Source of the DNA: an uncultured Candidatus Rokubacteria bacterium
GTDB taxonomy: Bacteria > Methylomirabilota > Methylomirabilia > Rokubacteriales > CSP1-6
Length of the DNA stretch: 64,000 nucleotides
Reading direction: 5' to 3'
NCBI GenBank assembly: GCA_963762145.1
Contig: CAVXJS010000021.1
Coordinates: 224,001-288,000 of the forward strand
Shown: positions 22,560-31,707 of the stretch, in pieces
Layout: each line of letters starts with the position of its first letter
How positions within the stretch are numbered: the stretch's first letter is position 1
Position numbers and translations under genes: made by a program
The notes under the pieces: model-generated
What the model saw: only the letters and a program-made list of their open reading frames with translations
Told to the model about the DNA's origin: nothing
Database searches by the model: none

Positions 22560-23084
22560 CTAGAGCGCCTTCATGCGGAGAATCTTGCGGGCCGCCAGCC
22601 CGACGCTGCCCCCGATCCAGCCCTTGGGGGTGAGCACGAAGCGGTCGCCCTGGGCCTTCAGGAAGCGATTGGCCAGCATGATCTCCAGACGATCGGCCAT
22701 GAGCACCTCGACCCCGCACACCGCTTGCATCTGGGCGAGCGTGAGGCGCTGATGAGGCGCGCGGGCCAGCTCGATCAGGAGCCGGACGGTGATCGAGCGG
22801 TCGGCGTGGGAATAGAAGAGGCCGGCGGTGAGGAAGAGCAAGACCTGGAGCACGAGGCCGTTCACGAGCCCGAGCCGCCAGTCCGCGCCGACGAACGCGG
22901 GAGGGAGGAAGCCCAGATCGGCCGGGGTCATGACGTAGAGCACGAGGTAGAGCGGCACCGTGGGCGCGAACGCCGCCAGCATGGAGGCGAACGCCTTCCG
23001 GGGTGCCACGAGATGGAACACCGCCGCCTGCACGAGCACCCAGGTCGTGATGAGCAGGCCGCAGAGCACGAGACCCTTCAGCAC
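22560..23084 (-). CDS. Hypothetical membrane protein with C-terminal winged-helix-like region
   Basis: About 3 TM helices then RSITVRLLIEL...RLEIML...FVLTPKG; co-oriented within the operon. Confidence 0.7.
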   Translation of the reverse strand: MLKGLVLCGLLITTWVLVQAAVFHLVAPRKAFASMLAAFAPTVPLYLVLYVMTPADLGFLPPAFVGADWRLGLVNGLVLQVLLFLTAGLFYSHADRSITVRLLIELARAPHQRLTLAQMQAVCGVEVLMADRLEIMLANRFLKAQGDRFVLTPKGWIGGSVGLAARKILRMKAL

Positions 23085-23093
23085 CCGGTCCTC

Positions 23094-23630
23094 CTACGCG
23101 CCCACCTGGGCGTTGATCAGCCGCTTGAGAAAGGACCCCAGCGCCGCGACCCGCTCGCCCGGGGCCAGGATCCGGTACGCGCCCGCCTCCTCCCGCACGT
23201 AGCCGCCCTGCAGGAGCTTGGGGAGCCGCCGCTGGAAGATGAGGTTGACCGGCTGATCGCTCCCCTGGATGGCGAGGGCCGCGGACCGGGTCATGCCCTC
23301 TCGGCCGCGGAGCCGGAGCGCCACCATCACGCTCATGGACGGGCTCAGGCAGGCAAAGTACGAGAAGCACCAGTAGCCGTGGAACATCAGGACGAGGAGC
23401 AGGAAGCCGTTCCCGAAGTCCACCAATGGGACGGTCTCCTGCCAGGCGGTGGGCAGGAAGCCCAGATCGGGCGGCAGGAGCCAGAACCCCGCCACGTAGA
23501 GCGCCTCCGCGGCGGCGAACGCGCCGATGAACAGCCGGAACTCCTTGTTCCCCCGGTAGAAGCGGAGCGCCACCGCGCTCCCGATCACCAGCAGGGCCAG
23601 GGCTGCGCCGGAGAGGACGAGTCCCTTCAT
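23094..23630 (-). CDS. Hypothetical membrane protein, paralog of the adjacent gene
   Basis: Shares MKGLVL, P.DLGFLP.A, D..NG..L..L, and RL..L..G...Y.I...G with 22560..23084. Confidence 0.7.
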   Translation of the reverse strand: MKGLVLSGAALALLVIGSAVALRFYRGNKEFRLFIGAFAAAEALYVAGFWLLPPDLGFLPTAWQETVPLVDFGNGFLLLVLMFHGYWCFSYFACLSPSMSVMVALRLRGREGMTRSAALAIQGSDQPVNLIFQRRLPKLLQGGYVREEAGAYRILAPGERVAALGSFLKRLINAQVGA

Positions 23631-24302
23631 CTACTGCATCCACTTCTGGAAGTCGGTCACGAACTGGCGCACCGCTTCGTCGGTCTTGGGGTGGCTGACC
23701 ATGGCCCGGAAGAACTTCGGGGGCACCGTGACGATGTCGGCGCCCGCCTGGAAGGCCTCGCTGATGTCCGCGATGTGCCGGATGCTGCCCACGATGATCT
23801 CGCACGGGACCGCCCGCTCGCGGAACGTCTCCCGGACCGAGCGCACCACCGAGGCCGCGTCGTAGCCCACGTCCCGAATGCGGCCGTAGAAGAGGCTCAC
23901 GTAGTTGGCCCCCGCCGCGGCCGCCATCACCGCCTGCCCGTAGGACATGCAGCAGGTGCAGTTGACCCGGATGCCCCGGCGCCGCAGCTCGCTGATCACG
24001 GCCAGCTCGTCCCAGCCCACCGGGATCTTCACGTTGAGGTTCGGATAGTGGCCGAACTCCCGCACGAAATCCTCGGCTTGCTCGATCATCTCCTCCGGCC
24101 GGGTCGAGAAGACCTCGACGCTCAGCGGGATATCGTACCCGTAGCGCTGCACGAGCTCGATGATCTTCTTCATGTGCTCGCGGAAGTCCGCCTTCTCTTC
24201 CTTGGCGAGGATCGACGGGTTCGTGGTGATGCCGGCGGGAAAGCCGCGCTCCAGCGCCTCCTCGATCTCTACCAGGTTTGCCGAGTCGACGAAGATCTTC
24301 AT
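23631..24302 (-). CDS. Transaldolase/fructose-6-phosphate aldolase family protein
   Basis: MKIFVDSAN, GITTNPS, VKIP (Schiff-base Lys), VNCT, YVSLFYGR, GSIR, GADIVTVP, F..D. Confidence 0.9.
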   Translation of the reverse strand: MKIFVDSANLVEIEEALERGFPAGITTNPSILAKEEKADFREHMKKIIELVQRYGYDIPLSVEVFSTRPEEMIEQAEDFVREFGHYPNLNVKIPVGWDELAVISELRRRGIRVNCTCCMSYGQAVMAAAAGANYVSLFYGRIRDVGYDAASVVRSVRETFRERAVPCEIIVGSIRHIADISEAFQAGADIVTVPPKFFRAMVSHPKTDEAVRQFVTDFQKWMQ

Positions 24303-24327
24303 GATGTCTCCCTCCGGGCCCGCCCCG

Positions 24328-24981
24328 TCATTCGGTCAGGGTCCAGTAGTAGTCGCCGGTGTAGCCGGCCTCGCGGAACAACCGGCGCCAGCCCTCCGGA
24401 TCCGAGTAGGTGAGCGCGGTGAGCTGCCAGCGCTCGAACTTCTCGTGCTGCGCCTCGTCGAGCCACGAGTCCACCTGGACGTAGCGATGGCGCCGGCCCA
24501 CCCGCTCGATCTCGCCGAGCGCGCGGATGCAGTCCGAGCGCTCGAGGTTGTGCAGGGTGTTGATCGACACCACCAGGTCGAACGTCTTGTCCGCGAACGG
24601 CAGCCGCTCCGCAGAGCCGCGCGCGAGGAACGGTCGGACGTCGTCCATCGCCTGGCCGAGTGCGTAGGCCGAGACGTCGAGCCCCGCGACGCGCACCCCC
24701 GCGATCACGCGGCGCAGGTCGTGGAGGAGGAACCCCTTGGCGCATCCGACGTCGAGGACCCGATCGCCCGGTCGGAGCCCGTAGAAGTCGCGGAGGCGGG
24801 CCGCGATCGGCTCCCAGCGCCCGTCGTAGCGGTAGCCGCCGTAGCCCTGGCCGCGGTCGCCGTCGAAGTACTCGCGGGCGAACCGCTTCGCGACCTCGCG
24901 CTGGGCGGGGACCGCGGCGGCGCGGGCCGCGATGTCCCGCCGGGCGCGCGGATAGCGGTCGAGGAGATCCACCTCAGCCAT
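24328..24981 (-). CDS. Class I SAM-dependent methyltransferase
   Basis: YFDGDR..GYGGY.YDGRW, VLDVGCAKGFL, LPFADKTFDLVVSINTLHNL. Confidence 0.85.
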   Translation of the reverse strand: MAEVDLLDRYPRARRDIAARAAAVPAQREVAKRFAREYFDGDRGQGYGGYRYDGRWEPIAARLRDFYGLRPGDRVLDVGCAKGFLLHDLRRVIAGVRVAGLDVSAYALGQAMDDVRPFLARGSAERLPFADKTFDLVVSINTLHNLERSDCIRALGEIERVGRRHRYVQVDSWLDEAQHEKFERWQLTALTYSDPEGWRRLFREAGYTGDYYWTLTE

Positions 24982-25852
24982 TCGCGATCGCTCCAAAGGA
25001 CGCGAGGGTCGCCCGGAGGCCTTCCCGGATCGGGGTGAAGCGCAGTCCCGGCAGCGCGCGGCCCAGGCGGCCGGTGTCGAACCGGCGGTGCGTGATCGGC
25101 CCCTTCCGCGCCGCGCTCGTCACCGTGAGCTCGTAGGGCACGAGGTCGCGGATCGTCTTCACCACGTCCGCGAACGCCTGGCTCTGCCCGGTCGCCACGT
25201 TGTAGACGCCGTCGGCGCCGCTCCGGAGCAGGTCCGCGACCACGCGCGCCGCGTCGTCCACGTACAGGTGGTCGCGCTCTTCCTCTCCCGCCCCGAAGAT
25301 CCGGACCGTGCGGTCCCGGGCCAGGGAGCGCGCGAAGGCGTTGGGGCCGTAGGACGCGTGCGGATCGCCGGGCCCGTAGACTCCGGTCACCCGGAGCGTC
25401 AGGAGCGGAATCCCGCCCACGCGGGCCGCGCTCTCCATCACCCGCTCCCCGACGTACTTGCCGATCGCGTAGTAGCCCGCGGGCGACACCGGCGTGTCCT
25501 CGGTGACCGGCGCCTCGCCGAAGCCGTACGCCGCGTCCGAGCTCAGGTAGACCAGGCGGCCGAGGCGACGTCCCTCGAGATAGGCGGCCAGGTTCGCGGC
25601 CATCGTGGTGTTGGTGAGGAGCGTGGCGGGGCTCTGGCCTCGGTCCGGGGTCAACGCCGACGCGAACACGAGCGCGGTCTCGGGCCCCAGCGCGTCATCG
25701 AGGACCGCCAGCGCGTCGGCCCGCGTGAGGTCCAGCGTCCGTGACGAGTGTGCGACCACCGCGACGCCGTCCTTCTCGAGCCGCGCGTGGAGCGTCCGGC
25801 CGAGGAAGCCGCTCGCGCCCAGGATCACGACCCGCTCCGCCTTCCCGCTCAT
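24974..25852 (-). CDS. NAD-dependent epimerase/dehydratase (extended SDR)
   Basis: GASGFLG, LSSDAAYG, YAIGK (YxxxK), VYGPGD, RDHLYVDD, YNVATG. Confidence 0.88.
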   Translation of the reverse strand: MSGKAERVVILGASGFLGRTLHARLEKDGVAVVAHSSRTLDLTRADALAVLDDALGPETALVFASALTPDRGQSPATLLTNTTMAANLAAYLEGRRLGRLVYLSSDAAYGFGEAPVTEDTPVSPAGYYAIGKYVGERVMESAARVGGIPLLTLRVTGVYGPGDPHASYGPNAFARSLARDRTVRIFGAGEEERDHLYVDDAARVVADLLRSGADGVYNVATGQSQAFADVVKTIRDLVPYELTVTSAARKGPITHRRFDTGRLGRALPGLRFTPIREGLRATLASFGAIANG

Positions 25853-26448
25853 CGCGTGAGGCTCTCCCACCGCATCGGCGCGGCCTGCAGGCGCGGATGC
25901 GCGACCAGCATGTGCCACACCACCGCCTGGAACGCCTCGGCGTGCGCGGTGACCCGCTCCGGGCTCACGGTGGGGATGACCACGCACGCGTCCGCCACGG
26001 TCGCGGTGAAGCCGCCGTCCCGGCCGACGATGGCGCCGATCCGGGCCCTCACCGTCTTGGCGTGCTCGAGCGCGCGGACCAGGTTGATGCTCACCTTCCG
26101 CACCAGGTCGCCCCCGCCCACCGAGAACACGAGCACGCAGTCGCGCGGACCGAGGCGGCTGACCTTGAGCCAGTTGGCGAACGCGGTGTCCCAGCCGTCG
26201 TCGTTGATGCGGGCGGTGAGCTCCGACACGTTGTCGGTCGGCGCGTAGGCCTCGAAGCCCGAGATCTTCCGGAAGTCGTTCACCGCGTGCGAGGCGTTGC
26301 CGGCGCTGCCGCCAACGCCCAGCACGAAGAGACGGCCCCCGCCGTCGCGGGTGTCCGCGAGCAGGTCCACCAGGCTCGAGACCGCCGCGTGATCGATGCG
26401 GGCCGCCACCTCCGCGGCCTCCGCGAGGAACTGGGCGACGAAGTTCAT
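25849..26448 (-). CDS. gmhA: SIS-domain sugar-phosphate isomerase (GmhA-like)
   Basis: GVGGSAGNASHAVND, LTARIND.G...F, FSVGG, S.NL, GRDGG, AEAFQ. Confidence 0.8.
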   Translation of the reverse strand: MNFVAQFLAEAAEVAARIDHAAVSSLVDLLADTRDGGGRLFVLGVGGSAGNASHAVNDFRKISGFEAYAPTDNVSELTARINDDGWDTAFANWLKVSRLGPRDCVLVFSVGGGDLVRKVSINLVRALEHAKTVRARIGAIVGRDGGFTATVADACVVIPTVSPERVTAHAEAFQAVVWHMLVAHPRLQAAPMRWESLTR

Positions 26449-26981
26449 GGGAGATCCTCTATCCGCGCCAGCACCGCGTCGACCGCGCCGGCCAGATCGG
26501 CCACCCGGGCGTCCGCGACACGGCACTCGCTGTAAGGGCGCTCGATGAGCACCGTGTAGCATCCGACCGCCCGGCCCGCGTCGATGTCCCGCCACCGGTC
26601 GCCCACCACGAACGAGGCGGCCAGGTCGAGACCCCAGGCCCGGGCCGCCGCCTCCAGCATGCCCGGCCGGGGCTTGCGACACGCGCAGCCCTCGCCGTCC
26701 GCGTGCACGCAGACGAGAATGTCGTCGACGCCCACCGTCTCGCGTAGCCGCGCGTGCATGATCTCGAGGGTCTCGGGGCTGAGCGTGCCGCGGGCGACCT
26801 CGGGCTGGTTGGTGAAGACGATCGGCCGCAGCCCGACCGCCCGCAGCCGTCCGACCTGCTCGCGCGCCTCCGGGCAGATGCGGAACTCGGCGAGGGTCAC
26901 CGCCGCGTGGGCTCGGCCGTCCCGGACGAGCGTTTCCACCAGGACGCCGTCGCGATCGAGAAACGCGGCCCGCCCGCTCAC
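26445..26981 (-). CDS. gmhB: HAD sugar-bisphosphate phosphatase (GmhB-like)
   Basis: AAFLDRDGVL, TNQP, CVH....CACRKPRPGM, VGDRWRDIDAG. Confidence 0.88.
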   Translation of the reverse strand: MSGRAAFLDRDGVLVETLVRDGRAHAAVTLAEFRICPEAREQVGRLRAVGLRPIVFTNQPEVARGTLSPETLEIMHARLRETVGVDDILVCVHADGEGCACRKPRPGMLEAAARAWGLDLAASFVVGDRWRDIDAGRAVGCYTVLIERPYSECRVADARVADLAGAVDAVLARIEDLP

Positions 26982-28276
26982 CGGCGCCCCGCCTGACCCA
27001 TGGCCACGTACTCCACCCCGCGCAGCTCCGCGCGACCGGCGTCCATCACCCCCACGCAGTCGATGACCACGGGATGGCGCATCGCCCGGAACCCGACTCC
27101 GGGCGGCGTGGCGAACTCGTCCCAGTCGGTCAGGATCAGCAGGCAATCGGCGCCGACGAGGGCCGCGTCGCGGCTCTCCACAAGGGTCGCGGCCACCTCC
27201 GCGCCCGGCGCCTTCACGAGGGGATCGTAGGCGCGCACCTCCGCGCGGCCGCGCAGGTTCTCGATCACGCGCAGCGCCATCGAGTTCTTGGTGGAGCGCG
27301 TGTTCTTCTTGTACGCGAGACCCCACACCGCGACGACCGCGCTCGCGTTGCCGTCGAGCACGCGCCGCTCGAGCTGGCGGTGGACCCAGCGATAGCGGCG
27401 GGCATTGTGCGCGAGCAGCGTGTCCACGTACTCGACGTCGACGCCGTGCCGCTGCCCGAGCCCGCGCAGGGTCACGAGATCGCGCTCGAGATTCCCGCCC
27501 GCGACGCCCAGGCTGGGGCGGATGTACGCGGCGGGCCCGATGCGCCGGTCGAGCCGAAGGGCCGGTACCATCTCCGACCAGTTGGCCCCCACCGCCTCGC
27601 AGAGATCGGACAGGGTGTTGGCGTACGTCACCGCGCCGAACAGGTAGAGGTTGATCGCGGTCTTGGTCAGCTCCGCGCTCTCGTACCCCATCGGCAGGAT
27701 CGGGCATCCGAACCGGCGCAGCCCCTCGTCGAGCTCGGCGGGGAGCGGCCGGCCGGGATCGGCGGCGCCCACGATGAGCCGCTCCGGCTTGAGGAATCGC
27801 TCGACCGCGTTGCCGAAGATCAGCGTCTCGACCCAGTAGTAGACCGCGATCCCGCTGTCCGGGCGGCGCGACTCGATCCGCCCGGCGAGCGCGCGAGTGG
27901 CACCCGGCGATACCTGACTCATCAGGACCAGGGTGGAGCCGGGCCGCAGGTGGGGAATCGCCGCCTCGATCAGGCGGTGCACGATCTCCGGATCGCTTCC
28001 ATTGTCCGCGTCGGTCGGGATGTCCCGCGAGACGATCACGAGATCGCATTCCGCGAGCGCGGACGGATCGCTCGAGAACTGGATGCGGTCGCGGGTCGCG
28101 GCCAGGAGCTCCGGGAGCCCCGGCTCGTGTACCGGAAGCTCACCGCGCCCGAGCCGGTCCACCGCCTCGCGGTCGAGGTCCACCGCGATGACGCGGGATC
28201 CCAGCGAGGCCCACCCGATGCTCGAGATGATCCCGAGGTGGGACAGCCCGAGGAAGCCGGTGGGTCGCGCGCTCAC
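26978..28276 (-). CDS. UDP-glucose/GDP-mannose dehydrogenase family protein (non-canonical)
   Basis: HEPGL.EL, MSQVSPG, PERLIVG, SAELTKTAIN, CEAVGA, DRRIG, GLAYKKNT, YDP; the GGSC catalytic motif reads GGNL. Confidence 0.85.
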   Translation of the reverse strand: MSARPTGFLGLSHLGIISSIGWASLGSRVIAVDLDREAVDRLGRGELPVHEPGLPELLAATRDRIQFSSDPSALAECDLVIVSRDIPTDADNGSDPEIVHRLIEAAIPHLRPGSTLVLMSQVSPGATRALAGRIESRRPDSGIAVYYWVETLIFGNAVERFLKPERLIVGAADPGRPLPAELDEGLRRFGCPILPMGYESAELTKTAINLYLFGAVTYANTLSDLCEAVGANWSEMVPALRLDRRIGPAAYIRPSLGVAGGNLERDLVTLRGLGQRHGVDVEYVDTLLAHNARRYRWVHRQLERRVLDGNASAVVAVWGLAYKKNTRSTKNSMALRVIENLRGRAEVRAYDPLVKAPGAEVAATLVESRDAALVGADCLLILTDWDEFATPPGVGFRAMRHPVVIDCVGVMDAGRAELRGVEYVAMGQAGRR

Positions 28277-29187
28277 GCGCCGCCCTCCAGGGGGGCCGCG
28301 GCCGCCGCCTGCACGGTGCGGGACAGCCACAGGTCGTTCTCGCCGGAGCTGGCGCCGGTCGCGGCCATCGCCTCGAAGTGGCGGATATCGGCGGCCCACG
28401 TGGGGTCGGGGCCGTGCGCCATCTCGCGGCTCTCGTCCGGCACGCCGCTGGGGCGGCGCCGGCGCAGGATCACCAGCTCACTCCGGCCCCACTTGGTGAG
28501 CCCGTTCATCTCGAGCGCGCCCTCTTCTCCGAGGGCTTCGATGCGCCACCGATTCTTCCACGACAGGAAGCTGCACTCGATGGTCACGGCACGGTCGGCG
28601 GTCGCGAGGAGGCAGTGGTCGAAGCCCTTCAGCTCGTGGCGGCGGCGCTCCCACACCCGGAACTCGGCGCCGAAGCGTCCGAAGACGAACCCGGTGAGGT
28701 CGATGAGGTGCGAGGCCATGTCCTCGAGGATGCCGAGCGGGCTGTCCCGCCACGTGCCCACGATGTTGCCCGCGCTGCCGTTCCCGTAGAACATGCGCAC
28801 GCGGTAGAGCCGGCCGATCGTGCCCGCGTCCAGATGGCGCTTGAGGGCCACGACGTTCGGCTCGAACCGGAAGTTGTAGGACGTGTACCAGACGGCGCCG
28901 GAGGCCCGGGCCAGCCGGCCGAGCTGCTCGCCGGTCGCCGGGTCCAGGATCAGGGGCTTCTCGACGAGCACGTGCTTGCCGCGAGTGAGGAAGTACTCCA
29001 TGAGGCGGACCTTCACGTCGTTGGGCACCGCCAGGATCGCCGCGTCGTACCGCTCGTCGGGGCACTGGTCGGGCTGGCGAAAGTCCGCCGCCGGGTTGAA
29101 CGGATCGACGGTGGCTACGCAGCGGTCCCCCAGGACCGCGCGGCGCTTGCCGCCGATATTGCCGAGGCCGACGAGCAGGTATCTCAC
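28273..29187 (-). CDS. Gfo/Idh/MocA family oxidoreductase
   Basis: VGLGNIG, GKHVLVEKPL, YNFRFEP, GILEDMASHLIDL. Confidence 0.9.
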   Translation of the reverse strand: MRYLLVGLGNIGGKRRAVLGDRCVATVDPFNPAADFRQPDQCPDERYDAAILAVPNDVKVRLMEYFLTRGKHVLVEKPLILDPATGEQLGRLARASGAVWYTSYNFRFEPNVVALKRHLDAGTIGRLYRVRMFYGNGSAGNIVGTWRDSPLGILEDMASHLIDLTGFVFGRFGAEFRVWERRRHELKGFDHCLLATADRAVTIECSFLSWKNRWRIEALGEEGALEMNGLTKWGRSELVILRRRRPSGVPDESREMAHGPDPTWAADIRHFEAMAATGASSGENDLWLSRTVQAAAAAPLEGGA

Positions 29188-30719
29188 TCGAAGTGGGCCC
29201 GCTTCTCGATCCGGTGGATCTTCTCGGCCACCTCTTCCGGGGTGATCGGCCGGTTACCCTGATACTCGCAGGCGAGCGCCGCCGACACCGAGCCCAGGAC
29301 CGACGCGATCACGATGTCGCCGGTGGCGGCCAGCGCGAGCGCGGCGTAGCTCAGGAGCGCGTCGCCCGCCCCCACCGGGTCCTTGAGGGTATCCACCAGG
29401 CTGTCGACCGTGAAGAACTCGCGCGGCATGTGGCCCGGCGTCCGGTAGCCGAGAATGCCCCGCTCCCCGAGCTTGAGAATCAGGTGCTTGCACCGGGCGA
29501 GCCGGAAGAGCTGGAGCGCGAGCGGCCGCACCACCGAATCCTGGTCGCCCAGGGCGAAGCGCGCCTCGCGCTCGTTCGGGGTCAGGAGGTCGAAGTCGGT
29601 GAACTCGAGGATGTTGCCCCAGCGGTTCGACACCTGACTGTCCGCCACCTTGATCGCGCCCTCGGGCACCCGCTCCCGCAGCATCCGGATGCTCTTGGAC
29701 CGGAAGATCCCGTGGCGGAAATCGCTGAAGATCACGACGTCCGGGCGGCTGTCCGCCATCGACTCGCTGAGGAAGCGCAGCGCCCGGTCCGAGACCGCCC
29801 GGTTGTCCACCCGATCCACCTGGAGCATCTTGTGGCCGTCCGCGAAGAACCGCTCCTTCTGGGTGGTCGGCCGGGTGCGATCGATGAACCCGTGCACCAC
29901 CACCCCGGCCTCTTCCAGGTCCTTCAGCACGAAATCCTTGGCCGCGTCGTTGCCGAGCACCGTCGAGAAGGAGACCTCGGCCCCCGCCGCCTTCACGTGC
30001 TTGGCCACCACCGCGGCGCCGCCCGAGAAGACCTCGGTCCGCTCGTGCTTGACGCTGAAGGTCGGCGACTTGGCGGTGGCGCCCAGGAGCGAGCAGGACG
30101 AATAGCTGTCCACGATGGTGTCGCCGACCACGTGCACCCGGATCCCCCGCATCCGGCCGAGGGTCTCGCGGAGACGGTCGAAGCCGAAACCCTCCGACTC
30201 CATCAGGGCCAGCAGCTTCTCGACCCCGAGGTTCGGCGGCGCCGCCTCGATGAGCCGGGACGAGGAGTAGACCACGTCGCCCGGCGTGAACACGATCTCG
30301 CCGCCGTAGCTCTCCAGGGTGTCGATCTCCTCCTGGGTGCGCGGCGGCACCCCCTCGGAGAAGTACTCGTAGCCCTTGGCGAAGTAGTCGGGCTGGAGGT
30401 ACTTGATGTGCGCGATCGGGGTCGCGTTGGGGTCGATGATCACGTAGTCGACCATCTCGAGCGCGGCCAGGTTGGCCGCCCGCAGCTCCTGCGGCACGTA
30501 CGGACGGAAGGCCGCCTTGGTCGCGTGCTCGTCGGCGGTCAGGCTCGCGACGAGGAGGTCTGCCTTCTCCTTGGCGTACATCAGGTGGCGCAGGTGGCCG
30601 GGATGCACGATGTCGAACATCCCGTGGCACATGATCACGCTCTTGGCGCGCGGCCGCGGGCCGATGGCGGCGGCCAGCTCCTCGAGCGTCTTCACCTTCT
30701 GCCGGTAGTCGGCTTTCAT
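29184..30719 (-). CDS. Bifunctional sugar nucleotidyltransferase (N) / PfkB-type kinase (C), HldE-like with reversed domain order
   Basis: HGMFDIVHPGH (HxGH), PDYFAKGYEY, SSS; then VVGDTIVD, GGAA, SDF.HG, TPNEREAR, KLGERG, DPVGAGD. Confidence 0.85.
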   Translation of the reverse strand: MKADYRQKVKTLEELAAAIGPRPRAKSVIMCHGMFDIVHPGHLRHLMYAKEKADLLVASLTADEHATKAAFRPYVPQELRAANLAALEMVDYVIIDPNATPIAHIKYLQPDYFAKGYEYFSEGVPPRTQEEIDTLESYGGEIVFTPGDVVYSSSRLIEAAPPNLGVEKLLALMESEGFGFDRLRETLGRMRGIRVHVVGDTIVDSYSSCSLLGATAKSPTFSVKHERTEVFSGGAAVVAKHVKAAGAEVSFSTVLGNDAAKDFVLKDLEEAGVVVHGFIDRTRPTTQKERFFADGHKMLQVDRVDNRAVSDRALRFLSESMADSRPDVVIFSDFRHGIFRSKSIRMLRERVPEGAIKVADSQVSNRWGNILEFTDFDLLTPNEREARFALGDQDSVVRPLALQLFRLARCKHLILKLGERGILGYRTPGHMPREFFTVDSLVDTLKDPVGAGDALLSYAALALAATGDIVIASVLGSVSAALACEYQGNRPITPEEVAEKIHRIEKRAHFE

Positions 30720-31705
30720 CGCGCGAGGTGCTCGAACCACGTCCGGGTGGCGGCCTCGATCTTCTCGGGCGTCCAGAGGGGGGCCGCCCGCCAGTCCTCG
30801 ATCTGTCCGAGCATCGCGGCGACGCCCTGCGGGAAGGCCACCTCCGGCTTCCAGCCGAGGGCCCGCTGGATACGGCCGACGTCGGCCCACGTGCAGTCCG
30901 GCTCGCCCGGGCGCTTCGGCACGTGCACCACGTCGCCTCCCATCAGCTCGATCAGGCGGTTGATGGTCTGGGGATTGCCGGAGCCGAGGTTGAAGACCTG
31001 GTTGGTCTCGGTGGACTCGGCGGCCATCAGGTAGGCCCGGGCCACATCGGTGACGAACACGAAGTCCCGCCGCTGGGAGCCGTCGCCGACCACCGTGAAC
31101 GGCTTGCCGTGGAGCTTCTGGGCCAGGAAGACCCCGAACACCGCGCCGTAGGCGCCGGTGGTGCGGACGCGGGGTCCGTAGACGTTGAACATGCGGATCG
31201 AGACCACGGGCAGCCGGTACACCTGGGCCCAGTGCAGCGCCGCGCTCTCCCCCAGGTACTTGCTGAGCGCGTAGGGGTACTCGGGTCGGATGGGCGCGCC
31301 TTCCGTGGTCGGGAGCTCGGCGGCCATCCCGTAGCAGGAGGACGACGCGGCGTAGACGAACTTCCGGACCCCCGCGTGCCGGGAGGCCTCCAGGACCGCG
31401 AGCGTGCCGTCCACGTTGGCCCGCATGTACTCGAGGGGCCGCTCGATCGACGGCACGATGTCGCCGATGCCGCCGAAGTGGAAGACGTAGTCGACGTCCT
31501 GGAACAGCCGCGAGTCCGCCGCCACCGTGCACATGTCGATCTCGTGGAAGGCGACGCGCGGCTCGCGCCGGTGCTGCGCCAGGTTCTCGGCGCGGCCGGT
31601 CACGAGGTTGTCGATCACCACGACCGAGTAGCCGCGGTCGACGAGCAGATCGACCATGTGGCTGCCGATGAACCCGGCCCCTCCGGTGACGACGGCGCGC
31701 GGCAT
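30716..31705 (-). CDS. NAD-dependent epimerase (UDP-glucose 4-epimerase-like)
   Basis: TGGAGFIGSH, AASSSCYG, YALSK, FNVYGPR, GDGSQRRDFVFV. Confidence 0.9.
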   Translation of the reverse strand: MPRAVVTGGAGFIGSHMVDLLVDRGYSVVVIDNLVTGRAENLAQHRREPRVAFHEIDMCTVAADSRLFQDVDYVFHFGGIGDIVPSIERPLEYMRANVDGTLAVLEASRHAGVRKFVYAASSSCYGMAAELPTTEGAPIRPEYPYALSKYLGESAALHWAQVYRLPVVSIRMFNVYGPRVRTTGAYGAVFGVFLAQKLHGKPFTVVGDGSQRRDFVFVTDVARAYLMAAESTETNQVFNLGSGNPQTINRLIELMGGDVVHVPKRPGEPDCTWADVGRIQRALGWKPEVAFPQGVAAMLGQIEDWRAAPLWTPEKIEAATRTWFEHLAR

Positions 31706-31707
31706 GC

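Noticed and set aside
21514-23805. Long N-terminal extensions on operon ORFs (also 20585..22339, 26445..28049, 29184..31532, 30716..32485)
   Set aside because: The extensions overlap upstream genes in other frames; real starts lie at the stop/start junctions
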